A stretch of 64,000 bases of DNA from Sumerlaeia bacterium (lineage in GTDB: Bacteria; Sumerlaeota; Sumerlaeia; SLMS01; JAHLLQ01), in the NCBI GenBank assembly GCA_040219255.1, contig JAVJSW010000060.1, forward strand, positions 96,001 through 160,000. Direction: 5' to 3'. Position numbers and translations under genes: made by a program. The notes beneath the pieces were generated by a model that was not told the origin of the DNA, ran no database searches, and was given only the letters and a program-made list of their open reading frames with translations. Numbering within the stretch: position 1 is the first letter of the stretch; each line of letters begins with the position of its first letter. Of the stretch, positions 1-9,083 are shown piece by piece.

Positions 1-968
1 TGGGTTTCGAGGGCGTCGCGCAGCATCCCGTTGAGCAGCGGCAGCGCGTCGCGGCGGATGCCGGGGCCTTCGTCCACCTCGTTCTCCAGGTTCACGAGGT
101 ACTTCCAGGGCTTCTTGTCCGAGGAATCGTAGGACCAGGTGTAGAATTCGAGTCCCCTGGCGCGGCGGCGGTCGGCGGCGTTGCCGGCGACGGCGTTCAG
201 GTGGATCGAAAGAAACAAATCGCCGCGATTCTGCTCGGCGATGCGGGTTCGCTCGCGCAGGCCGATGTATTCGTCTTTCGTGCGCGTCAGAACCGGTTTG
301 AAGAGCGGGTCGGCGGCCAGCAGACGATGAAGTTCGAATCCGATGGGAAGCGTGATTTCCGCTTCGCTCCAGGTCCGGCCGTTCAATTCGCCCAGTCCGC
401 CGCGATGGCGGCCCCCGTGGCCCGGATCGATGATGATGGTCCGCGGACGATAGCGGCCACCGATCTCGCGGACGAGCGGGGGTGGGACTTCCGAGGCGGG
501 CGCCGGCTCCGGGGCCGCCGTTGGAGTCGCAGTCGGCGCGGCTGTGGCCGACGGGGTCTCGGCGGGGGGCGTGGCGCCCTCTGGATAGAGGTCGATGACC
601 ACGCGCCAGGGACTCTGGAGCCGCTGCGTTTCCACCCGCACCGTGCCCCGCGTCCGCAGGTGCACGTTGCAGGCGTTCAGTCGTTCGCTGTGCTCGATGC
701 TGGTGTCCTGGATTTGCTCGATGACGCCGGACAGATGGGCTGAGGAAGGCGCCGAGGTGACGCCGGCGAGCATGATCGTCACCAGGTTGGCCTGGCGGCT
801 CATGTTGCCCACGCTGTATTGCGGTTCGGCGTCCATCTCGATGACACAGCGGGTGAAGCCAGGGTGCTCGGCGAGGCGCACTTCACTGACCCGGGCCGCC
901 CCCGCCAGACCCGGCAACAGGCCCACCAGAAAAAACAAAACCAGCAAATTCAAGGGTTTCCAGCGCAT
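1..968 (-). CDS. N-acetylmuramoyl-L-alanine amidase (signal peptide + AMIN-like + Amidase_3); 3' end runs off the window
   Basis: Not in the ORF track; manual minus-strand translation from ATG 968 gives MRWKPLNLLVLFFLVGLLPGLAGAARVSEVRLAEHPGFTRCVIE, then TIIIDPGHGG and GDLFLSIHLNA amidase motifs. Confidence 0.88.
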   Translation of the reverse strand, partial: MRWKPLNLLVLFFLVGLLPGLAGAARVSEVRLAEHPGFTRCVIEMDAEPQYSVGNMSRQANLVTIMLAGVTSAPSSAHLSGVIEQIQDTSIEHSERLNACNVHLRTRGTVRVETQRLQSPWRVVIDLYPEGATPPAETPSATAAPTATPTAAPEPAPASEVPPPLVREIGGRYRPRTIIIDPGHGGRHRGGLGELNGRTWSEAEITLPIGFELHRLLAADPLFKPVLTRTKDEYIGLRERTRIAEQNRGDLFLSIHLNAVAGNAADRRRARGLEFYTWSYDSSDKKPWKYLVNLENEVDEGPGIRRDALPLLNGMLRDALET

Positions 969-1106
969 CGGTGACAACAGCCCTCTCCTCCTGCGCATCG
1001 CGCAAAATCGCCAACTCCCTCACCGCAACCAGCCTTCTGGCAAGACCGTCAAGCTGGAAAGGGTTTGAGGGGATGGAGAACCTGAAGGGAGAGGAGGGCG
1101 AATTCC

Positions 1107-1143
1107 TTGACAATGAGTCATTTGAGTTTTTGTATAGTCTCAA
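1107..1143 (+). promoter_or_regulatory. Probable promoter/operator of the Xre-RES operon
   Basis: Perfect TTGACA (1107-1112) and TATAGT (1133-1138), though the 20-nt spacing is long; TGAG...CTCA inverted motifs could be an antitoxin operator. Confidence 0.35.
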
Positions 1144-1168
1144 TTCGTTGCCGTAAGAGGTCAGTCCC

Positions 1169-1666
1169 ATGCCAACTCGCACTTCATCAAAACCGCGGAA
1201 AGCTGGCCGGGCAGGGGCCCGTGGACGTGGCAAGGCAAGTGCAGGCACTGGGAAAGTGGCAGGGATTTTGTCCCGTGGCGCCGCAGAACACAAACCCTCC
1301 GCCACGGAACTGATCGATTCGCTTCGAAAAGGGTTGGCGTATGAAGAGCTGGAGGCCTTGCAAGAAGGCCTTGAGGTGCCCTTGAACCGGGTTGCGGAAT
1401 TGCTGGACATGTCGAAGGCGACTCTTCAGAGACGCCGCAACGCTGGTGTTTTGACGGTGGCCGAATCGGACCGTGTCGTGCGGTACGCGCGGCTGCTGGC
1501 CCGGGCGGTCGAGGTCATGGAGTCGGAGGAAGCCGCCCGCGCCTGGCTCGGCGCGCCCCAGTTCGGTCTTGGCGGTGAGGAACCCCTGGAATACGCCCGC
1601 ACGGAAGTTGGCGCCCGCGAGGTCGAGGACCTGCTCGGCCGCATCGACGCCGGGGTGTACGCGTGA
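1169..1666 (+). CDS. Type II TA antitoxin, Xre/MbcA/ParS family
   Basis: HTH-like LLDMSKATLQRRR, ESDRVVRYAR, WLGAPQFGLGGEEPL...GAREVEDLLGRIDAG; overlaps the RES toxin start (GTGA). Confidence 0.93.
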   Translation: MPTRTSSKPRKAGRAGARGRGKASAGTGKVAGILSRGAAEHKPSATELIDSLRKGLAYEELEALQEGLEVPLNRVAELLDMSKATLQRRRNAGVLTVAESDRVVRYARLLARAVEVMESEEAARAWLGAPQFGLGGEEPLEYARTEVGAREVEDLLGRIDAGVYA

Positions 1667-2133
1667 CCCGCGTCGCCTGGCGCATCGTGAAAGAGAAGTA
1701 CGCCGCTGCCGCATTCGACGGCGAGGGCGCCATGAGGTATGGCGGACGCTGGAATTCCAGGGGTTCACGGGTGATTTACACGAGTGGTTCGCTGGCGCTG
1801 GCGGCGCTCGAAACCCTGGTCCACCTGAACCCGCCGGTCGCGTTCCGTTACGTCCGATTCCGGGTGGAATTTCCAGACAAACTGCTGACGGAAATCGCCA
1901 CCGGCGATTTACCCGCCGATTGGCGAATCGAACCGCCCGGCCCAGCGACGCAAACTCTCGGCGACCACTGGATCCGCGATGGCCGCTCGGCGGTGCTCGC
2001 GGTGCCGAGCACCATCGTGCCGGAGGAAGTGAACTACCTCCTCAATCCCGCGCACGGCGACTTCGGACGGATTGCGATCGGAGAGGCTCAGACCTTCGCG
2101 TTCGACCCGCGGCTCACGCGGGCGAAGACCTGA
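1663..2133 (+). CDS. RES-domain toxin (NAD+ phosphorylase family)
   Basis: AWRI..FDGEGA..YGGRWN..YTSGSLALAALE..VPSTIVPEEVNYLLNPAH: R-E-S signature. Confidence 0.93.
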   Translation: MTRVAWRIVKEKYAAAAFDGEGAMRYGGRWNSRGSRVIYTSGSLALAALETLVHLNPPVAFRYVRFRVEFPDKLLTEIATGDLPADWRIEPPGPATQTLGDHWIRDGRSAVLAVPSTIVPEEVNYLLNPAHGDFGRIAIGEAQTFAFDPRLTRAKT

Positions 2134-2215
2134 GCTTCAAACCGGCAAACTTTCCTCGCCAAAGGCCTCCCAGTCTCCTTATAAGCGACGACGCGAACGG
2201 AGACTTAGCCCCCCC

Positions 2216-2782
2216 ATGACCCAACCCGCCCACCGCCGCTGGACCCTCCTGATGCCCGCAGCCATGCTCCTGGCGAGCGCGTTTGTGGGATGGGCGGTTT
2301 ATTTCCAGGGGGATTACTCGTTGTTTCTGCGGGGCGGGCCCGTGGGCGATGGGCCGAGGGTCTTGCCGTTCGCGACGCCGGGGCCGGATTTGTCTCCGGT
2401 CGAGGTCGTGGCGATTCAACTGCGGTCGCTGCAGCGGGTCGATTATCCCGGCGAGGACGATGGCATCCGGGTCGCGCGGCGCTTTGCTTCGCCGTCGAAC
2501 CGGGCGGCGCTGGGGCCGGAGCGCAATTTCATCCGCATGCTGAAATCGCCGGATTACGCGCATTTGCTGGGAGCGAGCGAGTACAACATCGTCTCCCAAT
2601 CCGGCAGTGAAGACGAGCGCACCCTGGTCGTGACGGTGCTCGACCAGGACGGCATCGGCGTGACATACCTGTGGGCGGTGTCGCGCCAGGCAGGGGGCGA
2701 GTGCGATGGGTGCTGGATGACGGAGATGGTGATGAAAACGGCCGAGTTGCCGCAGGCCATCGGGCCGCGTATCGAGGCTTGA
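2216..2782 (+). CDS. Membrane-anchored DUF4864-like protein
   Basis: N-terminal TM helix; LSPVEVVAIQLRSLQ..DDGI..RFASPSNR..F..ML..Y..CWMT pattern. Confidence 0.6.
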   Translation: MTQPAHRRWTLLMPAAMLLASAFVGWAVYFQGDYSLFLRGGPVGDGPRVLPFATPGPDLSPVEVVAIQLRSLQRVDYPGEDDGIRVARRFASPSNRAALGPERNFIRMLKSPDYAHLLGASEYNIVSQSGSEDERTLVVTVLDQDGIGVTYLWAVSRQAGGECDGCWMTEMVMKTAELPQAIGPRIEA

Positions 2783-2857
2783 CGCGCGCCCGCCGCCGGG
2801 GCGGTCTGTCGGGCCAGACCTGAATCCGTCGCCCCAGGGAGGCCCGCCCCCACCGCC

Positions 2858-4390
2858 ATGATCACCATCGTCGATTTCGGGAGCCAATACACCCAGCTCA
2901 TCGCCCGCCGCGTGCGTGGCCTCGGCGTTTACAGCCGCATCGTTTCCTGTCGCGACGACGTCGCCGAATGGTTCGCCAACGACCCCCACGGCATCATCCT
3001 GTCCGGCGGCCCGGCCTCGCTCTACGAGGAAGACGCCCCCCGGCTCGACGACAGCTTTATCTCGCGGCTGAGCGTTCCCGTCCTCGGCGTGTGCTATGGG
3101 CATCAGGCCCTGATGATGGCCATGGGCGGCCATGTCGAGCAAGGCGGCAGCGGCGAATACGGCCGCGCCGACGTGGACCTGATCGACGAAACGGACCCGC
3201 TTCTGCACGGCGTGCCTCACCACCACAACGTCTGGATGAGCCACCGCGACCACGTGGCGGCCCTGCCGGAAGGCTTCACCCGCCTCGCTTCCTCGAAAGC
3301 CACCCCCAACTGCATCGTCGGCAACACCGAGCGCCGCGTCTGGGGCCTGCAATTCCACCCGGAAGTCCACCACACCGAGCACGGCGGGCGGTATCTGGAA
3401 AACTTCGTCTTCGACATTTGCCGTTCGCCCCGCGACTGGTCGCTGACCGATTGGGTCGAGCAGACCTGCGAGGAAATCCGCGCCCAGGCGGCGGGGCGTC
3501 CCGTGCTGGCCGCCGTCAGCGGCGGCGTCGATTCCACCGTCATGGCCGTACTGCTGGACAAGGCTCTCGGCGATCAGGCCCGCATCGTCTTCGTCGATAA
3601 CGGCCTGCTGCGCGCGGGCGAGGTCGAGGAAGTGCAGCACATCCTCGGCACCGAACTGGGCCTGAACCTGAAGGTCGCCAGCGTGGCGGAGCGCTTCCTG
3701 AGCCAGCTCTCCGGCGTCACCGACCCGGAAGAGAAACGCGCCCGCATCGGCCGCGAGTTCATCGAAGTGTTTTTTGGCAAGGAATTCGGCGATGAGGATC
3801 TCCTGGCGCAGGGCACGCTCTATCCCGACGTCATCGAGTCCGTGTCCGTGCGGGGCCCCAGCGACAAGATCAAGACCCACCACAACCGCGTGCCCGAGGT
3901 GATGGAGCTGATCGAGCAGGGGCGCGTCATCGAACCGCTGAAGGAGCTGTTCAAGGACGAAGTGCGCGAGGTCGGCCGGCTGCTCAACATCCCGCGCCCG
4001 GTGCTCGAGCGCTACCCCTTCCCTGGGCCGGGCCTGGCCATCCGCATCCTGGGCGAGGTGACCTGGGAACGGCTGGCGCTGCTGCGCGCCGCCGACCTGA
4101 TCGTGCGCGAGGAAATCGCCAAGAGCCCCGAGCAGCACGCCGTCTGGCAGATGTTCGCCGTGCTGCTTCCCGTGCGGGCCGTGGGCGTCATGGGCGACCG
4201 CCGCACCTACGCCAACGTGGCCTGTATTCGCGCCGTCTCCAGCACCGACGGCATGACCGCCGACTGGTCGCGCCTGAGTTACGAACTCCTCGACGTGATG
4301 AGCCGCCGCATCGTCAACGAAGTCGTCGGCATCAACCGCGTCGTGTACGACATCACCAGCAAACCGCCCGGAACCATCGAGTGGGAGTAG
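2858..4390 (+). CDS. guaA: GMP synthase (glutamine-hydrolysing)
   Basis: DFGSQYTQLIARR, GVCYG, QFHPEV, SGGVDS, C-terminal YDITSKPPGTIEWE. Confidence 0.98.
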   Translation: MITIVDFGSQYTQLIARRVRGLGVYSRIVSCRDDVAEWFANDPHGIILSGGPASLYEEDAPRLDDSFISRLSVPVLGVCYGHQALMMAMGGHVEQGGSGEYGRADVDLIDETDPLLHGVPHHHNVWMSHRDHVAALPEGFTRLASSKATPNCIVGNTERRVWGLQFHPEVHHTEHGGRYLENFVFDICRSPRDWSLTDWVEQTCEEIRAQAAGRPVLAAVSGGVDSTVMAVLLDKALGDQARIVFVDNGLLRAGEVEEVQHILGTELGLNLKVASVAERFLSQLSGVTDPEEKRARIGREFIEVFFGKEFGDEDLLAQGTLYPDVIESVSVRGPSDKIKTHHNRVPEVMELIEQGRVIEPLKELFKDEVREVGRLLNIPRPVLERYPFPGPGLAIRILGEVTWERLALLRAADLIVREEIAKSPEQHAVWQMFAVLLPVRAVGVMGDRRTYANVACIRAVSSTDGMTADWSRLSYELLDVMSRRIVNEVVGINRVVYDITSKPPGTIEWE

Positions 4391-4523
4391 GCGGCCGGGG
4401 AAGGCGCGCAGGGCGCGGAGGATGACGTGCGCGGGGCGAATTCCTTCTTCAAAGTCATGGGATCGGATTCCTTCCAAGGCAGGGCGGCGACTCCTGAGGG
4501 GGGCTGCCGCGATGCTCAAAGAC

Positions 4524-4574
4524 TGTTACCGATGTCCTGAACCAGAAGTGTCACCTATGTCTTGAACCTGTACC
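4524..4574. mobile_element. IS481-family-like terminal repeat remnant (no transposase)
   Basis: Two imperfect direct 20-mers 25 nt apart (tgttaccgatgtcctgaacc / tgtcacctatgtcttgaacc) followed by tgtac, resembling IS481-type ends. Confidence 0.5.
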
Positions 4575-4723
4575 GGGCCTGTACCGCCTTTTTTCTTTGC
4601 CCTTGGCTACTATGGAGTTCGGCGGACGAGGGTCGGTTTTTGGAGTTCGCTGGCGGGCGTGGGAGTTGGCGGGTGCGAAGCGCACTGTGGTACGCAGAGG
4701 CTCGCAATCGCTCTTGTTTGTTC

Positions 4724-6475
4724 TTACCCTTCGTCTTCCTCGTCCGATGCCCGGTCCATGTGATCCGGAGCCGACATGGCCAGCATCCGCAGCCCGTTCG
4801 CCATGGTGGTCCGCACGGCGTCGGAAAGCGCGAGGCGCGCGGCGGAGACTTCCGGCTGATCCGGCACGGCGGTGCGCAGGCTAGCATCCTTGTTGCCGGC
4901 GGTGTAGTATCGGTTATAGACGTCGGCCAGTTCGAGAAGATAGGTCGCGATGTGGTGCGGTTCGCGGCTGCGGGCGGTGCGGCTGACGATGTCGGGGAAC
5001 CGCGACAGCGCCATCAGCACGTCCTGCTCGAACACCGTGCGCAGATGCGCCGCCGCGGGAGCGTCCGGAGCCGAGGCGGTGAGGCCTTCGCCGGCGGCGC
5101 GTTCGGCCAGCGTGCAGATGCGGGCGTGCCCGTACTGGACCTTGAAGACCGGGTTGCGCGAAGAGTTCTCGCGCGCCAGATCGAGGTCGAATTCCACCGT
5201 CGAGTTCGCGCTGCGCTCGAGCAGGAACCAGCGCGCCGCGTCGGCGCCCACTTCCTCCACCAGGTCCATCGCCGTGACGATGTTGCCGAGTCGTTTGCCG
5301 ATTTTGGCCGGGGCTTTCTCGCCCGTCTCCGGGTCCGTCCGCATCAGGTGCACCAGCGACAGGAACGTTACTTCCAGCTTCGACGCATCGAAGCCGAGTA
5401 GCTTCACCCCGGCTTTGAGGCGGGGCGGGTAGCCCTTGTGGTCCTCGCCAAAGACGTTCACGTACACATCGTATCCGCGGCGGAATTTATCGCGATGGTA
5501 TGCCAGATCCGGCACTAGGTACGTCAACGTACCGTCGCCCTTCACCAGGACGCGGTCCTTGTCGTCGTTTTCCGCCTCGACGGTCTTAAGCCACAGGGCG
5601 CCGTCCTTCTCGTAAGTCGCGCCTTTGGCTTTCAACTCGGCCAGGGTTTCCTCCACGGCTCCGCTGTCGTAGAGGGCGCGCTCGGACTGGAAGTGATCGA
5701 AGTGGACGTCGAGCACGCCGAGGTGCTCCTTGATGAGCGCCAGGCAGCGGTTCTTGATCCAGTCGGCGCGAGCGTCGTCGTCCAGCTTGTCCAGGACGTC
5801 CGAGCCCATCTCGGCGACGCATTCGCGGGCGAAGTCGGCCATGTACTCGCCGGGATAGAGCTTCTGCTCCATCGCCTTCTCCACATCGAATGGCTCGATG
5901 CCGAGGGCCTCGCGCAGCCGCGCGTCGAAGGTCTTGCGCAGCGTTTCGATCTGGTTCCCGCCGTCGTTGATGTAGTACTCGCGGTGGACCTTATAACCCC
6001 CGGCGGCCATCGTGCGGGCCATCGCTTCGCCCAGCACGGCGTGGCGCAGGTGGCCGATGTGCATCGGGCCCGTCGGGTTGGCCGAGACGTACTCCAGCAG
6101 GACCTTCTGGCCGTTGCCATCGTTGGTGGTGCCAAAGCACTCGGCCTGCGTGCGGACCTGGCTGAGGATTGCGTCGAAGGCGGCGTCGGACAGCCGCACG
6201 TTGACAAAGCCCGGCTTGGCGGCTTCGGCGTGTTCCACGAAGGGATGAGCGGCGAGTTCCTGGGCCAGTTCCTCCGCGATTTTCAGTGGTGGCTGGCGCA
6301 GCTTCTTCGTCAGTTGCAGGGCCGCGTTCGTCGCCAGATGGCCGTGCTCGGCGCTGCGGGGCGGGGTGAAGGCGATACTGTCAACGGTGGGAGCTTCCGC
6401 TCCGGCGGCCTCGCATCGTCGCGCGACGAGTCCCGCCAGGTGATCGGTGAGCTGGTGGATCGCGGTAGCGCCCAT
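4724..6475 (-). CDS. argS: Arginine--tRNA ligase
   Basis: EYVSANPTGPMHIGH (HIGH), REYYINDGGNQI, NPVFKVQYGHARI, DALR-type C-terminus; start placed at MGATAIH (uncertain). Confidence 0.96.
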   Translation of the reverse strand: MGATAIHQLTDHLAGLVARRCEAAGAEAPTVDSIAFTPPRSAEHGHLATNAALQLTKKLRQPPLKIAEELAQELAAHPFVEHAEAAKPGFVNVRLSDAAFDAILSQVRTQAECFGTTNDGNGQKVLLEYVSANPTGPMHIGHLRHAVLGEAMARTMAAGGYKVHREYYINDGGNQIETLRKTFDARLREALGIEPFDVEKAMEQKLYPGEYMADFARECVAEMGSDVLDKLDDDARADWIKNRCLALIKEHLGVLDVHFDHFQSERALYDSGAVEETLAELKAKGATYEKDGALWLKTVEAENDDKDRVLVKGDGTLTYLVPDLAYHRDKFRRGYDVYVNVFGEDHKGYPPRLKAGVKLLGFDASKLEVTFLSLVHLMRTDPETGEKAPAKIGKRLGNIVTAMDLVEEVGADAARWFLLERSANSTVEFDLDLARENSSRNPVFKVQYGHARICTLAERAAGEGLTASAPDAPAAAHLRTVFEQDVLMALSRFPDIVSRTARSREPHHIATYLLELADVYNRYYTAGNKDASLRTAVPDQPEVSAARLALSDAVRTTMANGLRMLAMSAPDHMDRASDEEDEG

Positions 6476-6616
6476 GATGCGTGGTCGTCCTTCGAAATTC
6501 AGAATCGCTTTCCCAACGCGGTCTGCCGGAAAGCGGGGGACTGTGGCCATGGCTGGCCGGATGCGTCAAGCGCGGGGGATATCACCGGGGCATTTTCGTG
6601 TGCGGTGGGGGAGACC

Positions 6617-7720
6617 CTACACCTGCCGGGCGCCGCGTCTCTTCAGCTCTTTCACCACCCCTTTGACGTCCTGCACGTGGTCTTTGTGCGTGACCAGGAC
6701 GCTGTCGCCGCTGACGACGACGACGAGGTCTTTGACGCCCACGAGCGCGACCGCTCGTTCGGATGCCCCCGGTTCGTTGTAAACGATGCAGTTGCTGGAA
6801 TCGACGAGTACCGGATCGCCGATACAGACGTTGCCCCGCTCGTCGCATTCCCGGCATCGCGAGAGCGCATCCCAGGTGCCGATGTCGTCCCAGCTAAAGG
6901 TGGCGGGAATCATTCGCACGTCGCGGGCGCGCTCCATGAGGGAGTAATCGATGGAGATGCTCTCGAGCGACTCGAACTGCGCCACGGCCCGGGCGTGATC
7001 GCCGGAATGCAGCGTTTCCGCGATACGATGGATATTGGCCGCCATGTCCGGCTGGGCCACCTGGAATTCCTCCAGGAACTTCGTCAGGCTCCAAAAGAAC
7101 ATGCCGCTGTTCCAGTAGAAATTCCCGGCTCTCAGGTACTCCTCGGCGCGTTCGCGATTGGGTTTCTCGTGATAGGCGGCTACGCGGATGGGGCCATTGG
7201 CGCGGCCGTTGGCGGGTTCCCTGGTTTGGGCTTCGATGTATCCGTAGCCGGTTTCCGGGCGGTCGGGGGGAATGCCGATGGTGACCAGGGCGTTCTCCCG
7301 CTCGGCGCAATCCATGGCTCGCTCCACCGATTGGCGAAAGCCGTCCGGATTGCCGATCAGTTGGTCCGCCGTCAGAACCGCCATGGTGATCGGCTGGTCT
7401 TCGCCATAGCGCGCCATCAACTGCGCCGTGACCCAGATCATGGCGCCGGTGGTGTCGCGGCGGGCCGGCTCGGCCAGGATGTTCTCGGTGGCGATCCGGC
7501 GGTCTCCCCGGGCGATGACTTCGCGGAGCCGTTCGCTGGTGGAAATGAAGACGTTCTTCGCGTCGAAGAGAGGCAGCGCGCGGCTCACCGCTTCCTCGAG
7601 CATCGTCTGATCCGGGCACGACAGTTTCAGAAGCTGCTTGGGCCGGCTGTTGCGAGAGAGGGGCCAGAAGCGTTCACCGCTGCCTCCTGCCATAATGACG
7701 GCGACTCGGATCGGGTTCAT
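6617..7720 (-). CDS. manC: Mannose-1-phosphate guanylyltransferase
   Basis: IMAGGSGERFWPLSR..PKQ, PETGYGYI, EKP, WNSGMF, SIDYSLME, WDDIGTW. Confidence 0.92.
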   Translation of the reverse strand: MNPIRVAVIMAGGSGERFWPLSRNSRPKQLLKLSCPDQTMLEEAVSRALPLFDAKNVFISTSERLREVIARGDRRIATENILAEPARRDTTGAMIWVTAQLMARYGEDQPITMAVLTADQLIGNPDGFRQSVERAMDCAERENALVTIGIPPDRPETGYGYIEAQTREPANGRANGPIRVAAYHEKPNRERAEEYLRAGNFYWNSGMFFWSLTKFLEEFQVAQPDMAANIHRIAETLHSGDHARAVAQFESLESISIDYSLMERARDVRMIPATFSWDDIGTWDALSRCRECDERGNVCIGDPVLVDSSNCIVYNEPGASERAVALVGVKDLVVVVSGDSVLVTHKDHVQDVKGVVKELKRRGARQV

Positions 7721-8182
7721 GGGGCCTTGACCTTTGCGAAGTATGCCCATCAGACTAGCGCCCCTTGCACAGGCCGCAAGAGAAGTGCAGGGCCCGGGAC
7801 GCCCCGGCGCGAAAACGCTTTTCTTCGCACCATTCGGGCCGAGTCTTCCCGGCTCTCTCCACCAGCCTGAACCGAACATCCAAGCCGCGTGCTTTCCTCC
7901 TTCTCAAAACCCATCGCCAAACGGGGCGAGTACCGGGTCGATCTCCGGCAAATCCAGCCACAGGACGGGTGCTATGTCCTGCGTATTCAGTTCCCGGCGC
8001 CAGCCCTCCCACAGACAGCGCGGACGAGCGGTTGCTGGGCATCGCTATTGCCTCGTTCGCCTTCGAGTAGTCAGAGGGCGGCGCGGGCTTGACGTTTCTG
8101 GCTGCCTGACACCAAATGGGTCCAGCCACTGGCCGGGGCTTGCCTCCCGGCCCGCCGACCCCGCCAAGGGAGCCCCCCGCCC

Positions 8183-8611
8183 ATGAGCCCCGCCACCGCC
8201 ACCAAGGAAGAAGTCACCCGCCGCCTCGACGATTGGGCGCAACGTCTGCGGGCGCTCTACGCCCAGGTCGATGAGTGGCGCCGCGAACTCTTGCCCGACT
8301 CCCGGCTGCGCATCCACGACGAACCCCACAGCGAACCTTTCCTGCGCGCCCAGGGCATCAAGAGCTATCCCATCCCGCATTGCACCATCGAAGCCCCCGG
8401 CCGTAAAATCGAAATCGACCCCCGCGACCTCTGGGTCATCGGAGCCCAAAGCCGGCTCGTCCTGATGGTGGACCGGCCAGAGAACAACTACATGATCGTG
8501 GATTTGGCCCGGGAGGAGGGGATGGAGAGCGAGTGGCAGTACCTCGATGTGAGTGCGAAGGACTTTCATCGACCGTTCAATAGAGACAACTTCCGCAAGC
8601 TGCTCAAGTAG
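8183..8611 (+). CDS. Hypothetical protein (partner of the HEPN-like gene)
   Basis: 142-aa ORF preceded by an AAGGGAG RBS-like site, natural composition, 10 nt upstream of the next gene. Confidence 0.75.
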   Translation: MSPATATKEEVTRRLDDWAQRLRALYAQVDEWRRELLPDSRLRIHDEPHSEPFLRAQGIKSYPIPHCTIEAPGRKIEIDPRDLWVIGAQSRLVLMVDRPENNYMIVDLAREEGMESEWQYLDVSAKDFHRPFNRDNFRKLLK

Positions 8612-8621
8612 GGCGAGCAGA

Positions 8622-9083
8622 TTGAAAGACTTCTCCCGCATCACCCAGTCCTATACCATTGTTCGCCATGCCATGGAAGAAGAACGCGGCAGACTCCGGT
8701 CGGCGCGGGCGATCACCGCCCACGAGCGGTTGATGGATTTGAATGACCAAGCCTACTTCATCCTTCTCTTCGCGCAATTCGAAGACCGGGTCACGGAACT
8801 CTGTCTCAATCTCGTTCGGAAAAAGAAAGGCGCGAAAAGCTGGAAAACCAGGCGTCTGTGGGATCAATTTCCTACGGATCGGATCGAAAGCTTTCGAAGT
8901 GCCCTGCCCTTCCTACGCCGAGTCTCGCTCCTGATCGACAAAGGAACGCCGCACTACGCCGTAATCAAGAGTCTCTACGAAGACCGCAACCGGATCGCCC
9001 ACGGCGACACGACACTTGCGCGGCTCTATATTCCCAGCGTCGTCCTCCAAATCCAACGCCTCACCAAGGACCTCACCCCTTAG
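8622..9083 (+). CDS. HEPN-like helical protein (RxxxxH motif)
   Basis: TTG start MKDFSRIT; NDQAYFILLFAQFE helix and C-terminal RNRIAHG motif typical of HEPN RNases. Confidence 0.65.
   Translation: MKDFSRITQSYTIVRHAMEEERGRLRSARAITAHERLMDLNDQAYFILLFAQFEDRVTELCLNLVRKKKGAKSWKTRRLWDQFPTDRIESFRSALPFLRRVSLLIDKGTPHYAVIKSLYEDRNRIAHGDTTLARLYIPSVVLQIQRLTKDLTP

Noticed and set aside
2114-4519. 801-aa minus-strand ORF and other long antisense ORFs (5693-7870, 9016-10521, 39507-42965, 59737-61464)
   Set aside because: Shadow ORFs opposite well-supported genes in high-GC DNA; no motifs of their own.
7755-8129. Small ORFs or ncRNA upstream of manC
   Set aside because: No recognisable motif, RBS or convincing structure; overlapping candidate ORFs all look spurious.
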